Shown piece by piece: positions 1 through 11,700 of a stretch of 64,000 nucleotides of DNA. The position numbers and the translations under genes are program-made. Origin of the DNA: Dehalococcoidia bacterium (GTDB lineage Bacteria > Chloroflexota > Dehalococcoidia > UBA2979); assembly GCA_965219085.1 (NCBI GenBank), contig OZ244720.1, positions 800,001 through 864,000 of the forward strand, written 5' to 3'. The notes under the pieces were generated by a model. It had not been told where the DNA came from. It did not search any database and worked only from the letters and a program-made list of their open reading frames with translations. How positions within the stretch are numbered: position 1 is the first letter of the stretch; each line of letters opens with the position of its first letter.

Positions 1-2
1 AG

Positions 3-734
3 ACCATTGCGCTCGCGCTCAGCGGTTCAGCGGCGGCGGATGATTTCGCCTTGGTCAGCACCAGCGGGCGAACGCTCTCGGCTCCTTACACGCTCACGAT
101 TCCAGCGGGCAAGCCGGCCGGCGCGGTCCATATCACGACCGTCAACGACGCCGAGCGTGAGCCGGCCGAAACGATCAACATCGCCGCCAGCCGCGACGGC
201 GCCGTCTTCGGCACGGAAACCATGACGATCCGGGCCAGCCCCCTGCGGCTCGAGCTGGCGTCGTTGTCGGTGGCCGGCGTCGGACTGCGCATGTACCCCG
301 CGTTCGACCCGGGCATCCTCCAGTACGCGGTCGGCTGCGCCGACACGGCCGTCGTGAGGATGACGCTGTCGACCAAGCATCAGTCGACGCGGCTGGCAGT
401 CGACGGGATCCGGCAGGTCAGCCAGAACGCGGCGGTCGAGCTCGCGGGGCTCGATGGCGACGACGACATCCAGATCGTGCTCAGCAACGGAGACGGGGCA
501 CACACGACCTACGTCGTGCACTGCATGAGTGCCGGGGACCCCGTGATCGAGATCACGAAGCAGGCGGGCAGCTCGGCCGAGTTGCTCACCGCCAGCGTGA
601 ACCTGTACGGGAGGGGACACGTGCTGGTGATCGACAGCAACGGAGTGCCCGGGTCCACCGCCGGATCATCAGCCCGCGCGTCAACCACTTCCGAACCCAG
701 GCGAACCAACAGCACCCGTACTCCTACGCGGTGA
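3..734 (+). CDS. N-terminal part (open at window edge) of giant surface protein 1: Calx-beta-like and cadherin-like beta-sandwich domains; continues by frameshift into 731..5395
   Basis: Frame is open from base 3 (TIALALSGSAAADDF...). Contains Calx-beta-like TVNDAEREPAETI and beta-sandwich PAFDPGILQYAV. Adding one C at ~650 (gtgccc gggtc) gives NGVPRVHRRIISPRVNHFRTQ...YSYAVILP, in frame with the next ORF. Confidence 0.75.
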   Translation, partial: TIALALSGSAAADDFALVSTSGRTLSAPYTLTIPAGKPAGAVHITTVNDAEREPAETINIAASRDGAVFGTETMTIRASPLRLELASLSVAGVGLRMYPAFDPGILQYAVGCADTAVVRMTLSTKHQSTRLAVDGIRQVSQNAAVELAGLDGDDDIQIVLSNGDGAHTTYVVHCMSAGDPVIEITKQAGSSAELLTASVNLYGRGHVLVIDSNGVPGSTAGSSARASTTSEPRRTNSTRTPTR

Positions 735-3700
735 TTCTGCCTGACCGGTTCCACTCACCGTGGGGGTCGCGGCGCGACTTCGAGATCGCCATTCTCGACG
801 CGAACTTCGACGAGGTGGAGAGGGTCACCACGACGGCTGCGATCCAGCACACCGATCAACACGACTTCCTGATCAAGGAGAACGGCAACTACATCTTCAT
901 GGCGTACGAGCCGGCTCCCCATGATCTCAGCGAATTCCTTGATCCGCATGGCGACCCGTACAGCGTCGACGAGCAAGCGGAGGACTCGCTGATCGAGGAG
1001 GTGAATCCGGATGGAGAACAGGTGTTTCTCTGGAACACGTACGACCACATGTACCTGGGCGACTGCATGCTGGACCAGTTTCCCGCGAACTATGCGCATC
1101 TGAACAACATGCAGTTGGTGGATGGGGGCATCGTCGCCTCGTTCCGCAACTGCGGGCAGGTGCTGGGGATCGACGGGACCACCGGCGCCGTCGAGTGGCG
1201 GCTGGGACGGAGCACCCGCAGCGACGCCGAATGGGAGGCGCTGGGCGTGCCGCCGCCGCTGAAGATCGTCGGCGACCCCTACGTCGAGTTCTGCGGGCAA
1301 CACTCCCCGAAGCTGCTGTCCAATGGCCATTTGTTGCTCTTCGACAACGGTCGACGCTGCCGGGACGATCCGCAGACGGGCGAGCCGCGCCGGCCGGACT
1401 CCCGCTTCAGCCGCGTGGTCGAATACGCGCTCGATCTCGATCGCGGCACCGCGACCTTTGTCCGTCATCACTCCCTGCACGGCGGCTTTGACCGGTTCAC
1501 TCAGTACCAGGGCATCGTCGAGTCGATGGATAACCAGAACTGGTTGATCAGTTGGGGCTGGACCCCGCCCAACGGGAAACCTGCCGACCACCGCCCCGAC
1601 ACGTCGGTCACGGAATACAACCCCACGACCGGGCAAGAACTGCTCTCGCTGACCCTGAGCGACGGCGGCAGCGGCACGCCCCCGCTCAACACCCGCTCCT
1701 ACGCGCTGCCCTTCGAGGCGCTGGCGAAGCAACCCGAAGCGCTGTCGGCGGCGTTCCCCGAGAGCGCGTATTCGTCGACGTTTAGCCTCGGCGCCAGCGA
1801 CGCGCCGACGGTCGTGGTCGAGTTCAGCGAACCGGTCGCGGACTTCCCCGCCGACACGCCCTCCGTGATCGTCCAGGGCGCGACGGTCGCCGGGGTCAGT
1901 CCGCACCTCGTTGCCGGCGAAGCGGCGGACGCCTATCTCTTCACGTTGACCCCAGCCGGCGACGGGCCGGTCACCTTCAATCTCCGCGCCGGTGAGCTGT
2001 GCTCCGCCGGCGGGATTTGCACCCGGGACGGAACCACGCTCTCGTCCGTGCCTGCGCCCTACGTGATCGCGCCGTCGCTCAGGGTGTCCTTCACACAGAC
2101 CGCGTTCAGCGCCGACGAAGGTGAGTCGGCTGCCATCGCCGTCAGCCTGAGCGCCCCCTACCAGGGGCTGCAGAAGCTTGTCGTTCCGATCCTCGTGGCT
2201 GCGACCGGGACCGCTTCCGCCGCCGACTACACCGCCCCGGGGAACGTGGGTTTCGTGGCCGGCGAGTCGCGACGGACCGTGCAGATGCCAATCGGCGACG
2301 ACGCGCTGATCGAAGGCGACGAAACCGTCACGCTCTCGATCGGGGACTTGCCGGAGGGGGTCGTGCTGGGCGACCACCCCTCGACCACGGTGACGATCAC
2401 TGACGCCGACCGCGCCTCGTTGCAACTCTCCATTAGTGACAGTGAGGTGGGCGAGGGCGCCAGCGTGGAGTTGACCGTGAGCCTGAGGGGCGACGCCACC
2501 TTTGCCGCCGCGCAGACGATCGACCTCGTGTTCGAGGGCTCAAGCGCCGAAGAGCGGGTCGACTTCGTCGTCGAGGATGCCGCGGGGCGAACGCTTTCGA
2601 CCCCGCACGCCCTCAACCTCGTGGCGGGTGCCCGCTCAGTCCGGGCCGTTGTCCGCATCCTGGACGATACGCAGGAGGAGGTTGCGGAACGCATCGTGGT
2701 CCGGGCCAAGCTCGGGACAGCCGTCTTCGGCATTGGGGTCATCACCATTGCGGCAAACGACGCCCCGCCCGTACCGACCAACAACCCACCGGCATTCAGG
2801 GAGGGCCTCCGCGCCTCACGCTCGCTCGCCGAGAACGCAGGCTCGAATGAGCATGTCGGCAGACCACTTGAGGCCACGGACGTCGATCCAGGCGACACGC
2901 TGACCTATTCGCTGAGCGGCGGCGACGCCGGCTCGTTCACCCTGGTCCGAGCCAGCGGACAGATCCGGACACGGCCCGCGGTCGCCTACGACTACGAGGC
3001 GAAGTCGAGGTACGAGGTCACGGTGACCGCTTCGGACGGCGAAGCGGAGGCGTCAATCGACGTGACGATCACGGTGGATGACGTGGGCGAGCCGCCCGAT
3101 GCCCCACCGGCGCCGACGGTGACGCCGGCATCACCGTCCAGCCTGGAGGTTATGTGGACGGCGCCCCCCACTCCCGACCGGCCGCCGGTCGGGAGCTACG
3201 ACCTGCGTTACAAGCAGACGGAGGCGGCGACGTTCACCGACGGACCACCGGACGTGAGAGGCACGCGAGCGACGATTGACGGTCTGACGCCGGGCACCGC
3301 CCACGAGGTTCAGGTGCGCGCACGGAACAAGGATGGCGATGGCGCCTGGTCGCCGTCCGGCCACGCACAGACCGCGGTGGTACCGGTGGTGTCGCTGGCC
3401 CTGAAGCCGGCCTCCATTTCGCCGGGCGGGGTCAGCACCGTCACGGCGACGGTGTCGCCCGCCTCGCCAACCGCGTTCAAGCTGAACATCTGGGTGGCGG
3501 CGTTCCCGCCGGTGCTGGGACACTTCACAGTCAGCGCGAACAATGTCCTGGGCTTCGCGGCAAACGAGACGCAGAGCACGGGTCTGGTTGAGATCAAGGG
3601 CATCACTCCGATCGTGGTGAATGTGACCGCGACTGTGTCTCAGGGCGCCACGGTACGGCCTCCGCCTCGCCTGCAACTGACGATTGCGGGTTCCGACGAC

Positions 3701-5395
3701 CCCGACCCCGGCCCCACGCCCGAGCCCGGTCCCGGCCCCACGGGCGGCGGCCCCTCCGGTCCCTCGCCCAGCGAGCTCGACTTCGAGTGGGCGGTGAAGC
3801 ACGACATCGAGGCGCTCGCCGCCGCCAACGCGGCCGCCACCGGCGTCTGGTCCGACGGTGAGACGCTCTGGGTGGCCAACAACCCCGACGGCGCCGGCGA
3901 CGGCGTCTACGCCTACGACCTCGAGACGGGCGAACGCGTCGAGGAGCGCGAGTTCGAGCTCGACGAGGCCAACCGCGCGCCGCGCGGCCTCTGGTCGGAC
4001 GGCACGGTGATCTGGGTCTCCGACAGTGGCCGGGACAAGCTCTTTGCACACGACCTCGCCAGCGGCGAGCGGCTCCTCGACTCCGACCTCGCACTGCACC
4101 CCGATAACGACGACCCACGCGGCATCTGGTCCGACGGCGAGACGATGTGGGTGCTGGATGGCCGCGACGACGCCCTCTTCGCCTACGACCTCGCGAGCGG
4201 CCAGTTGCTCGCCGAGTGCGCCCTCGACAGCGCCAACGGCGACCCCCGCGGCCTCTGGTCGGACGGCGTCACGATCTGGGTCTCCGACGACGGCGCCAAG
4301 CGCCTCTTCGCCTACCGGCTGCCCCTCCTCCCGGAGGAAGCGGCGGTCCCGGACGTGGAGGACGCCGATGCGGACGGGAAGGAGCTCGAGCGCGTCCGCG
4401 ACGAGGAGTTCACAAAGCTCTCCCGCGCCAGCAACAACAGCCCGCGCGGCATCTGGTCCGACGGCGACGTCATCTACGTCGCCGACGCGAGCGACGACAA
4501 GGTCTACAGCTACAACATGCCCGACGCCATCGACGCCCGCCTCGCCTCGCTCACGCTCAGCGGCGTCGAGATCGGCGAGTTCTCCCCTGGGCGGGAGGAG
4601 TACGCGGCAGTCATCGCTGAGGACATCACCGAGACGACGGTCGAGGCCGAGGCGCTGCAGCGCCGCACCACCGTCGTCATCGACCCGCCCGACGCCGACG
4701 ACAACGAGGCGAACGGCCACCAGGTCGCGCTCGAAGGCGTCGAGGCGATCACTGTCACCGTCACCTCCGCCGACGGCAGCCGCACGAAGACCTACCGCGT
4801 GCGCTTCCCCGAGACGGGCTGGGATCCGGCCCGCGATCCCTGGCCCCACTGCCTGCGCGGCGCCGTCTCCGCGGGCTTCAGCCTCGTCGTCTTCGCGGGC
4901 GGCGGCGTCGACGAACTCTCCGCCTGCGCGGAGAGCCGGGAGATCGTGGCCTTCTACACCCTGCACGAGGGCGTCTACGTCTCCTACCTCGTCGCGGCGC
5001 CTGACTTCGTCAACCGCGCGTTCAGGGAGCTCTTCGGCGACGGGCTCCCGCTCATGACGCCGCTGGTCGCCGGCAGCGACGGACCGCCCTCGGCGGACCC
5101 CTTCGGCGGTGACCTCGACGGCGCTGGGCAGCCGTGGCCGCACTGCCTGCGCGGCGAGGTCGCAGAGGGCTTCAGCATCGTCGTTTTCGCGGGCGGCAGC
5201 GTCGCCGACCTCGTCGCCTGCGCCGAGAGCCGGGCTGTCACGGCCCTCTACATCCTGCACAACGGCGAGTGGGTGTCCTACATCCTCGGGGCGCCGGAGT
5301 TCGCGAACCTCGAGTTCAGGGAGCTGTACGCCGACGGGCTGCCCGCCCTCACGCCGCTGGTCGCCAAGAGTGAGGGCGCACCTGCCGCCAACTGA
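731..5395 (+). CDS. Giant surface protein 1: arylsulfotransferase (ASST)-like domain, Ig-like, Calx-beta, cadherin, FN3, then shared C-terminal module
   Basis: ASST-type motifs DQHDF, YAHLNN, ASFRN, GQHSP, LLFDNG, LISWG. Cadherin motifs (NNPPAF, DYEAKSRYEV), an FN3 domain, and GxWSDG propeller repeats follow. Confidence 0.85.
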   Translation: MILPDRFHSPWGSRRDFEIAILDANFDEVERVTTTAAIQHTDQHDFLIKENGNYIFMAYEPAPHDLSEFLDPHGDPYSVDEQAEDSLIEEVNPDGEQVFLWNTYDHMYLGDCMLDQFPANYAHLNNMQLVDGGIVASFRNCGQVLGIDGTTGAVEWRLGRSTRSDAEWEALGVPPPLKIVGDPYVEFCGQHSPKLLSNGHLLLFDNGRRCRDDPQTGEPRRPDSRFSRVVEYALDLDRGTATFVRHHSLHGGFDRFTQYQGIVESMDNQNWLISWGWTPPNGKPADHRPDTSVTEYNPTTGQELLSLTLSDGGSGTPPLNTRSYALPFEALAKQPEALSAAFPESAYSSTFSLGASDAPTVVVEFSEPVADFPADTPSVIVQGATVAGVSPHLVAGEAADAYLFTLTPAGDGPVTFNLRAGELCSAGGICTRDGTTLSSVPAPYVIAPSLRVSFTQTAFSADEGESAAIAVSLSAPYQGLQKLVVPILVAATGTASAADYTAPGNVGFVAGESRRTVQMPIGDDALIEGDETVTLSIGDLPEGVVLGDHPSTTVTITDADRASLQLSISDSEVGEGASVELTVSLRGDATFAAAQTIDLVFEGSSAEERVDFVVEDAAGRTLSTPHALNLVAGARSVRAVVRILDDTQEEVAERIVVRAKLGTAVFGIGVITIAANDAPPVPTNNPPAFREGLRASRSLAENAGSNEHVGRPLEATDVDPGDTLTYSLSGGDAGSFTLVRASGQIRTRPAVAYDYEAKSRYEVTVTASDGEAEASIDVTITVDDVGEPPDAPPAPTVTPASPSSLEVMWTAPPTPDRPPVGSYDLRYKQTEAATFTDGPPDVRGTRATIDGLTPGTAHEVQVRARNKDGDGAWSPSGHAQTAVVPVVSLALKPASISPGGVSTVTATVSPASPTAFKLNIWVAAFPPVLGHFTVSANNVLGFAANETQSTGLVEIKGITPIVVNVTATVSQGATVRPPPRLQLTIAGSDDPDPGPTPEPGPGPTGGGPSGPSPSELDFEWAVKHDIEALAAANAAATGVWSDGETLWVANNPDGAGDGVYAYDLETGERVEEREFELDEANRAPRGLWSDGTVIWVSDSGRDKLFAHDLASGERLLDSDLALHPDNDDPRGIWSDGETMWVLDGRDDALFAYDLASGQLLAECALDSANGDPRGLWSDGVTIWVSDDGAKRLFAYRLPLLPEEAAVPDVEDADADGKELERVRDEEFTKLSRASNNSPRGIWSDGDVIYVADASDDKVYSYNMPDAIDARLASLTLSGVEIGEFSPGREEYAAVIAEDITETTVEAEALQRRTTVVIDPPDADDNEANGHQVALEGVEAITVTVTSADGSRTKTYRVRFPETGWDPARDPWPHCLRGAVSAGFSLVVFAGGGVDELSACAESREIVAFYTLHEGVYVSYLVAAPDFVNRAFRELFGDGLPLMTPLVAGSDGPPSADPFGGDLDGAGQPWPHCLRGEVAEGFSIVVFAGGSVADLVACAESRAVTALYILHNGEWVSYILGAPEFANLEFRELYADGLPALTPLVAKSEGAPAAN
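3735..5395 (+). repeat. Shared C-terminal module, copy 1 of 3 (~1.7 kb)
   Basis: Starts at GPTGGGPSGPSPSELDFEW; nucleotide sequence nearly identical to 12635-14332 and 32942-34633. Confidence 0.95.
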
Positions 5396-5679
5396 CTTCT
5401 CTCCCCTGCCTGCTCCTCTTTGGTTCGAGACCGAGCTGCTCCGTCTACACGTGCCTCAGGCGTCGCACGGGGAGGGGATGCCACTCTGGCCGCCACCAGA
5501 AGCCAAGCCACATGAGAGGGGGAGAGGTCACGGCACGGTAGGCCGTGGCCTCCCCCCACCCACCCCCCAGGGTGTGCAGGCTCTTCAGCGTCCTGGCCGA
5601 GGCAACTGTGGAGCCGCCCCCAACTCTCTCGGCCCCAATCGCCGCCCAAGCCGGGCTCGAACGCCACGCTTCAGCGCTG

Positions 5680-5731
5680 TTGACCAAGACACATTATGTC
5701 ATTGACTCACATCATGCGCGTCCGTTCTAAT
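5680..5731 (+). promoter_or_regulatory. Conserved upstream motif, copy A (TTGACCAA-N6-TTATGTCATTGAC), with candidate -35 TTGACT and -10 TCTAAT
   Basis: ttgaccaagacacattatgtcattgactcacatcatgcgcg; recurs at 21357, 50557(-), 54836 and partially at 52919(-). Confidence 0.7.
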
Positions 5732-8700
5732 TCCGCACCGAGCAAGGCGGCAAGACACGCCAGCCGGCCGACAAGACAGAGGCCGGGGCTCGCGACGGGG
5801 GGTACGCCCCCGGAGGTGTTGCAAGTCTTGCCAACTCAGCCGCCCGCCGTCCTGCACGACCCCCGATGTCAGCCTGGCCGGCGAGCCGCACTCGCCCGGA
5901 CAGGCTTCCTCCGGCTGGCGCTGCTCGTGGCGGCCGCCGTGCTCACCCTGCTGGCGCTGCCCTGGGTCGCCCATGCCGAGGGCGACGGCGCCGCCTCCAG
6001 CGCCAGCCCCGACGTGCGGAGCTCGGCGCGCAACGTGACTGCCATCGCACTGGCGAGCACCTCCCCGACCACCGCGACCGCCACCGTGACGGTCAGTGCG
6101 GCGGGAACGTTCCATCTGCGGTTCTCTCTCAAGGACGAGGACCAGTGGCAGACGGCGGCGCCGGCCATCGCCTCGGCAGCGGAGGACCTGACCTTCAGCC
6201 TCACGGGCCTGGTGGCGAACGCCTACTTCGACGTCCAGGTGTCGGAGGACTCCACCTTCGGGACAGGCGTTGAGAGCATCACCTTCCAGAACCGGCCCGC
6301 GGATCTCGACTTTGCGTTGGCCGAAAGCGACATTCCCACAGGCATCGCGGGAGACGCCAGCACGCTCTGGATCGCGTTCGACGGGTTCACTGCCGAGGGG
6401 AATCATTTCGGCATTCCGACGAAGCTGCTGGCCTACAAGCGCCTGCCCGAGGCCGAACGTGGAAACCGTGACGAGGACAAGGACATCACCCCAACGACGG
6501 GCCACAACCTACCAGGCGGCCTCTGGTCCGACGGGACGCACCTGTACGCCGTGGACCAGTCCCAGTTCAGGGTCTACGTCTACAAGCTGTCGGACGGAAG
6601 CCGGGCGGCGTCCAGGGAATTCGCTTTCCCTGGCGACCACTCCAACGCGAAGGGCATCTGGGCCAACCGCGACACGTTCTGGGTCGTTGCCCCCCGGCAC
6701 AGCGCCTATGCCTACAAGCGCACACCGGCCAGTCAGTACGGCGACCGCGACACGGCGAAGGACATCACCCTGCACGAGGATGGCAGCTACGCTCTTCGCG
6801 GCCTCTGGTCCGACGGTGACACGATATGGGCGGTCGACGGCGTTGATCGGAAGGTCCATGCCTTCGATCTGCGGCACGGTCTCCCCTTGCCGGAGTTGAG
6901 TGTCCCGCTGGCCCGCGCTCACTCCGCCGTCGGGGCCCCATCGTGGGGAGCCAGCGGCATGTGGGGAGACGGGGAGCACCTCTGGATCCTGGATGCCAAT
7001 CGCGGCGATCGCAACGGGTCAACGGTCTTCGTCTACTACCAGCCGCGGCTGGACCCGAGCGTATCCGCGCTGTCCGTCATCTCCGCTACCGACACCGCCC
7101 TCACTATTCGCGCCGACATGATCTACCCCGACCCCAGCAGGACCGTGTACCTGCGTTACCGCGAGCCTTTCGGCGACACCTGGTCCACGACCAGTGGGAC
7201 AGGCGGACGGACCATCGACTTCACGATCTCCGGGCCGCCAGCAGCGCCCACGCTCGTGGTACAGGCCTCACTCGACAGCACCTTCTCCGACGGGACCGAA
7301 GCCACGGCGGAGCTGCTGGTGCGGCCGGCGCAGCACGACTTCGCCCTGACGCGAGGGACCGGGCAGGTGCGCGGTATCTGGACCGACGGAGCAACCCTGT
7401 GGGCCGTGCACGACACGCACGATGGGGGGCGCGTCGACGCCTACAACCTGAGCACCAAGGCCTACGACGCCTCCAGGAGCTTCGCGCTCGCTTCCGGGAA
7501 CACCGCCCCTCGCGGCGTCTATGCGAACAGCAGCAACATGTGGGTGGTCGACGAGCAGGACAAGGTGTGGGCCTACGCGCTCTCCGGCTCCTCCTTCGGC
7601 AGCGTAGACAGCACGAGGACTTTCGAGATAGCGACCGAGAGCGGCCACCCGAGAGGGGCGTGGTCCAACGACACCACGTTGTGGGTAGCGGGCCACGTCC
7701 GGGAGCGGGTCCTTGCCTACAACATCGCCAGCACCGGCACCCTCGGAGCGCGCGACACAGCGAAGGAGGGCGCGCTCGCCACCTCCTACGCACAACCCAG
7801 GGGCATGTGGTCCGACGGGACCACACTCTGGGTCGTCGACGACAGCCTGGACAGGGTCTATGCCTACGCTCTGGCGGACACGGGTGTCGGGGCGCGGAAG
7901 CCCCTCCGGGAGATAAACCTGGTCCGCGAGAACCCGGCGCCGTGGGGGATCGCCTCGAGCGGAAACATCCTCTACGTGGCCGATGAGGTGAAGGCCAGGG
8001 TGTACGCCTACATGCTGCCGGCTGCGCCGAGCGGGGACATCACCAATGTGGCGTTCGATCAGGTCGGACGAACGACGGCGAGCATCACGGTCACCATCAA
8101 CAACCCCGACGCCTCCGAGCAGACGGTCGCTCTCAAGTACCGGGCTCTGCCGGATGGCGCGGCTCAGGAGGTGAGCGAGACGACCAGCGGTACATCCGTC
8201 ACCTTCGATTTGACGGGCCTGACGACCGACACCCTCCACGCCCTCCGCGTCAGCCTTGGTACCGCGGGCGCACTGCATACTCCCGGGTTCAAGACCCAGT
8301 CCGAAAAGGAGCAACGAGGTCACTACCTGAACGAGGAAGTTGTCTCCGTACTCGAAGGGGACTACCCATGGTTGGGCGAGCTGTACGAACACATGCGTCG
8401 CTTAAGCCTTGATATCCGTCCGCTTTCCGACACCAAAGTGTTCCTGGATTGCGAGACCAGCAGAATAGAGCAGTTGGCTGGCTGTGCGGTTGTTGGCATT
8501 AACATGGGCAAGCGGCACGCATCTGACACTGGCGTTTACGTCCATGAGCTGGGTCACGTCTACAATGCGGGATCACGGTACATGGGAGAAGATTCCGAGG
8601 GTCGCGGCATTGCCTGGCTCTACTTCGCGGACCTCGCGGAGGGGGGAACCGACTGTTTCGTCCATGAGCTCTTTGCCGCTGCCGTCGAGTTCTACACGAT

Positions 8701-11700
8701 GAAGCAGTCCAATCAGGCGTACTACCCTGATTGCAGCAATACAGATGACAGCCCTTCTGAAGCCACGCTGGACCTGACCGAGAGCATCGTCACCAAGGGA
8801 ATACCGACCTGGTTCGACACAACCTACGCGGACGACACCGTTCCCTATGACACCTCCACAGATCCCAAGTACGACAAGAAATACGACCTCGAACAGGTCT
8901 GGACCGATGTCAAGAGCGTGGGGAAATGGGATCACGCGGCTGTGTTCGCGTTGCGCAACGCATTCGGTGGCTACTGCGATCGGGATCGAACAAGGGAGGC
9001 CGCGCTCCGTGACGCCCCCACCCGCAATCCCTGGCGCGCCGGCGGCTGCGTCCCCCAGGCTCCTGAAGCGGTCACCCTGGCCCCCAACGGCCACGTGACC
9101 TGGCAGGCGCCGCCTTACGACGGGGGCGAATACATCACCGCCTACCTGGTGGAGTGGAAGGGCCGGAACGAGGAGTATGACCCCTCCCGGTCCGCCGAGA
9201 TCACCCATGTCTTTGGGACGCTCGCCTACCAGACGCCCAGCACAGAACACGGCTCGAGTGTGCGCGTCTCTGCCCGGAACTTTAACGGCAGCGGCGAGGC
9301 CGCCGAGGACGTCCAGCCCATCGTTGCGCCGGGAGCGCCCGCTGTCTCCCTGACCGCCGGGGACGAGGAACTCACCGCGCGATGGAGCGCACCCGCCAGC
9401 GACGGCGGCGCCGCCATCACCAGCTACGACCTGCGCTCCATCCGCAACGACGCGGCGGACAAGGCCGACGACAAGTGGACCGAGGTGATCGGCGCCTGGA
9501 CCTCGGGCGACCTCGAACACACGGTCAGCGGACTGAGCAACGGCACGCAGTACGACGTGGAGGTGCGGGCGGTCAACCGGATCGGCGCCGGCGAGTGGTC
9601 AACCACTCAGACAGGCACCCCCCTCTCCGCGGACGCCACCCTGCAGGCGCTGTCACTGAGCGGAGCAAGACTCAGTCCCGCCTTCGCGAGTGAGGACACC
9701 TCGTACACGGCATCCGTCGGCTACACCGTGACGCAGATCACGGTGACCGCGACCAAAAACGATGCCGGCGCCGACACTACCCTCGTGAGGCCCTCCGACG
9801 CCGACTCCAATGTCGCCGGTTACCAGGTGAACCTGTCGGTTGGCCGGAACGACATCGCTATCAGTGTGAGGGCCGCGAACGGAAGCACCAGGATCTACAC
9901 CGTGACGGTGACCCGTACGAGGCAGGACACCTCGCTGACCCCGGCGGCGCGTGATCCCGTTGCGCCGTTCCCGTCGGAGGCCGTCTACACCGTGACGTTC
10001 CAGGGCGCGTGGACCACGGTTGCCACCCCGGAAGGGGTTCCGAGCAATGCCCACTTCTCGCGCCTGGTGGGCGCCGTCCACAGCGCCGCCGCGACCTTCC
10101 TGAGGAGCGGCTCGGCGGCCACCGACGGGGTCGAGGTCATGGCCGAGGAAGGGCAGACCGCGAACCTCCAGACCGAAGTGCAGACGGCTATCACGGCCAC
10201 GACCGCGCGCAGTATCCTCGACGGCGGCACCGGCTCCATTGGCCCCACCCTCTCGGACACCCTTCGTCCCACGCTCAGCACCGCATACCCACGGGTCACG
10301 CTGGTCACGATGATCGCCCCCAGCCCCGACTGGTTCGTGGGGGTCTCCGGCCTGCCCCTGCTCTCCAGCAGCGGCCGCTGGCTGCGTTCCCACACGCTCA
10401 ACCTCTACCCGTGGGACGCGGGCACGGAGGAGGGCACCGGATTCTCGACCTCCAATTCGGAGACGGACCCGCCTGAATCCATCACCAGCATCCGGGGAAC
10501 GGGTAAGTTCTCGACGGACCCGATCGCGACCCTGTCGTTCGCGCTCCAGTCCGTCAGCACCACGCGCACCGTCGTGGAGAACACGCCGCCAGGCGGGAAC
10601 ATCGGCCTGCCGGTCACGGCAACGGCCACGGACGGCGCGGTCACCTACACCCTGGGCGGGGCCGATGCCGCTTCGTTCGCGATTGTGGCCTCGCGCGGCC
10701 AGCTGCGGACGAAGGAGGCCCTCGACTACGAGAGCAGGGACAACTACGTGGTGGAAGTCACCGCCACGGATGCGAGCGGTTCAGCGGTCACGACGGTCAC
10801 CGTCACGGTCACCGACATGAACGAACCGCCGCAGATCACCCCCGCCGACGACATCGCGGTCGACGAGAATTACGACGGAACGCTTGCCGCCTTCAGCGCA
10901 CGCGACCCCGAGAACGAGCCCGGCCTCACGTACACATGGTCGCTGGCGGGAACCGACACGGGCGAATTCAACCTCAGCGAGGCCGGCGTGCTTGCGTTCA
11001 AGCACATCCCCGACGCCGACAACCCGGCCGACTCCGGGCGGGACAACGTCTACGACATCACCGTGCGCGCCCTCGACAGCGCGGGCATGAGGGGTAGCAT
11101 CGACATCACCGTCACGGTCAGGCCCGTCAACGAGCCGCCCGTCATCAGCCCGCCGGCGATCATCACCACGCCCGGAACTCTCGACTACGCCGAGAATGAC
11201 ACGAGAGCCATCGTCTTCACCGCAAGGGACCCCGAGGGCGGCGCGATCATCTGGCGGCCGCTCGGTGGCGCGGATGGCGATCGCTTCACCCTCGTCACCG
11301 GCACGCTCCGGTTCGCCGCGACACCGGACTACGAGGCCCCGTTGGATGCGGGCCGTGACAACACCTACAACGTGACGATCGGCGCGTCCGACGCCGTGGA
11401 GGACGCCAGCTACACCCTCACGGTGCGTGTCACGAACAGGGAGGAGCCCGGGACGCTCAGCCTCTCCTCGGAGCAGCCGCTGGTGGGAACCGTCCTGACG
11501 GCCACCCTGGCGGACCCGGACCGCGTGCGCAGCGAGTCGTGGACGTGGGAGCGCTCGTTGAACCTACCCACCTGGAGCGAGATCGACGGCGCCACGAGCG
11601 AGCGCTACACACCGGTGGCGGACGACCTGTACCACTACCTGCGGGTGACGGTCGACTACACCGACGGCCACGGCCCGGACAAGCGCATCCAGAAGAGGGC

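Noticed and set aside
640-660. Programmed frameshift or phase-variable tract (also 37780, 37930, 40435)
   Set aside because: Short runs with no slippery heptamer; cannot be told apart from sequencing error or decay without reads.
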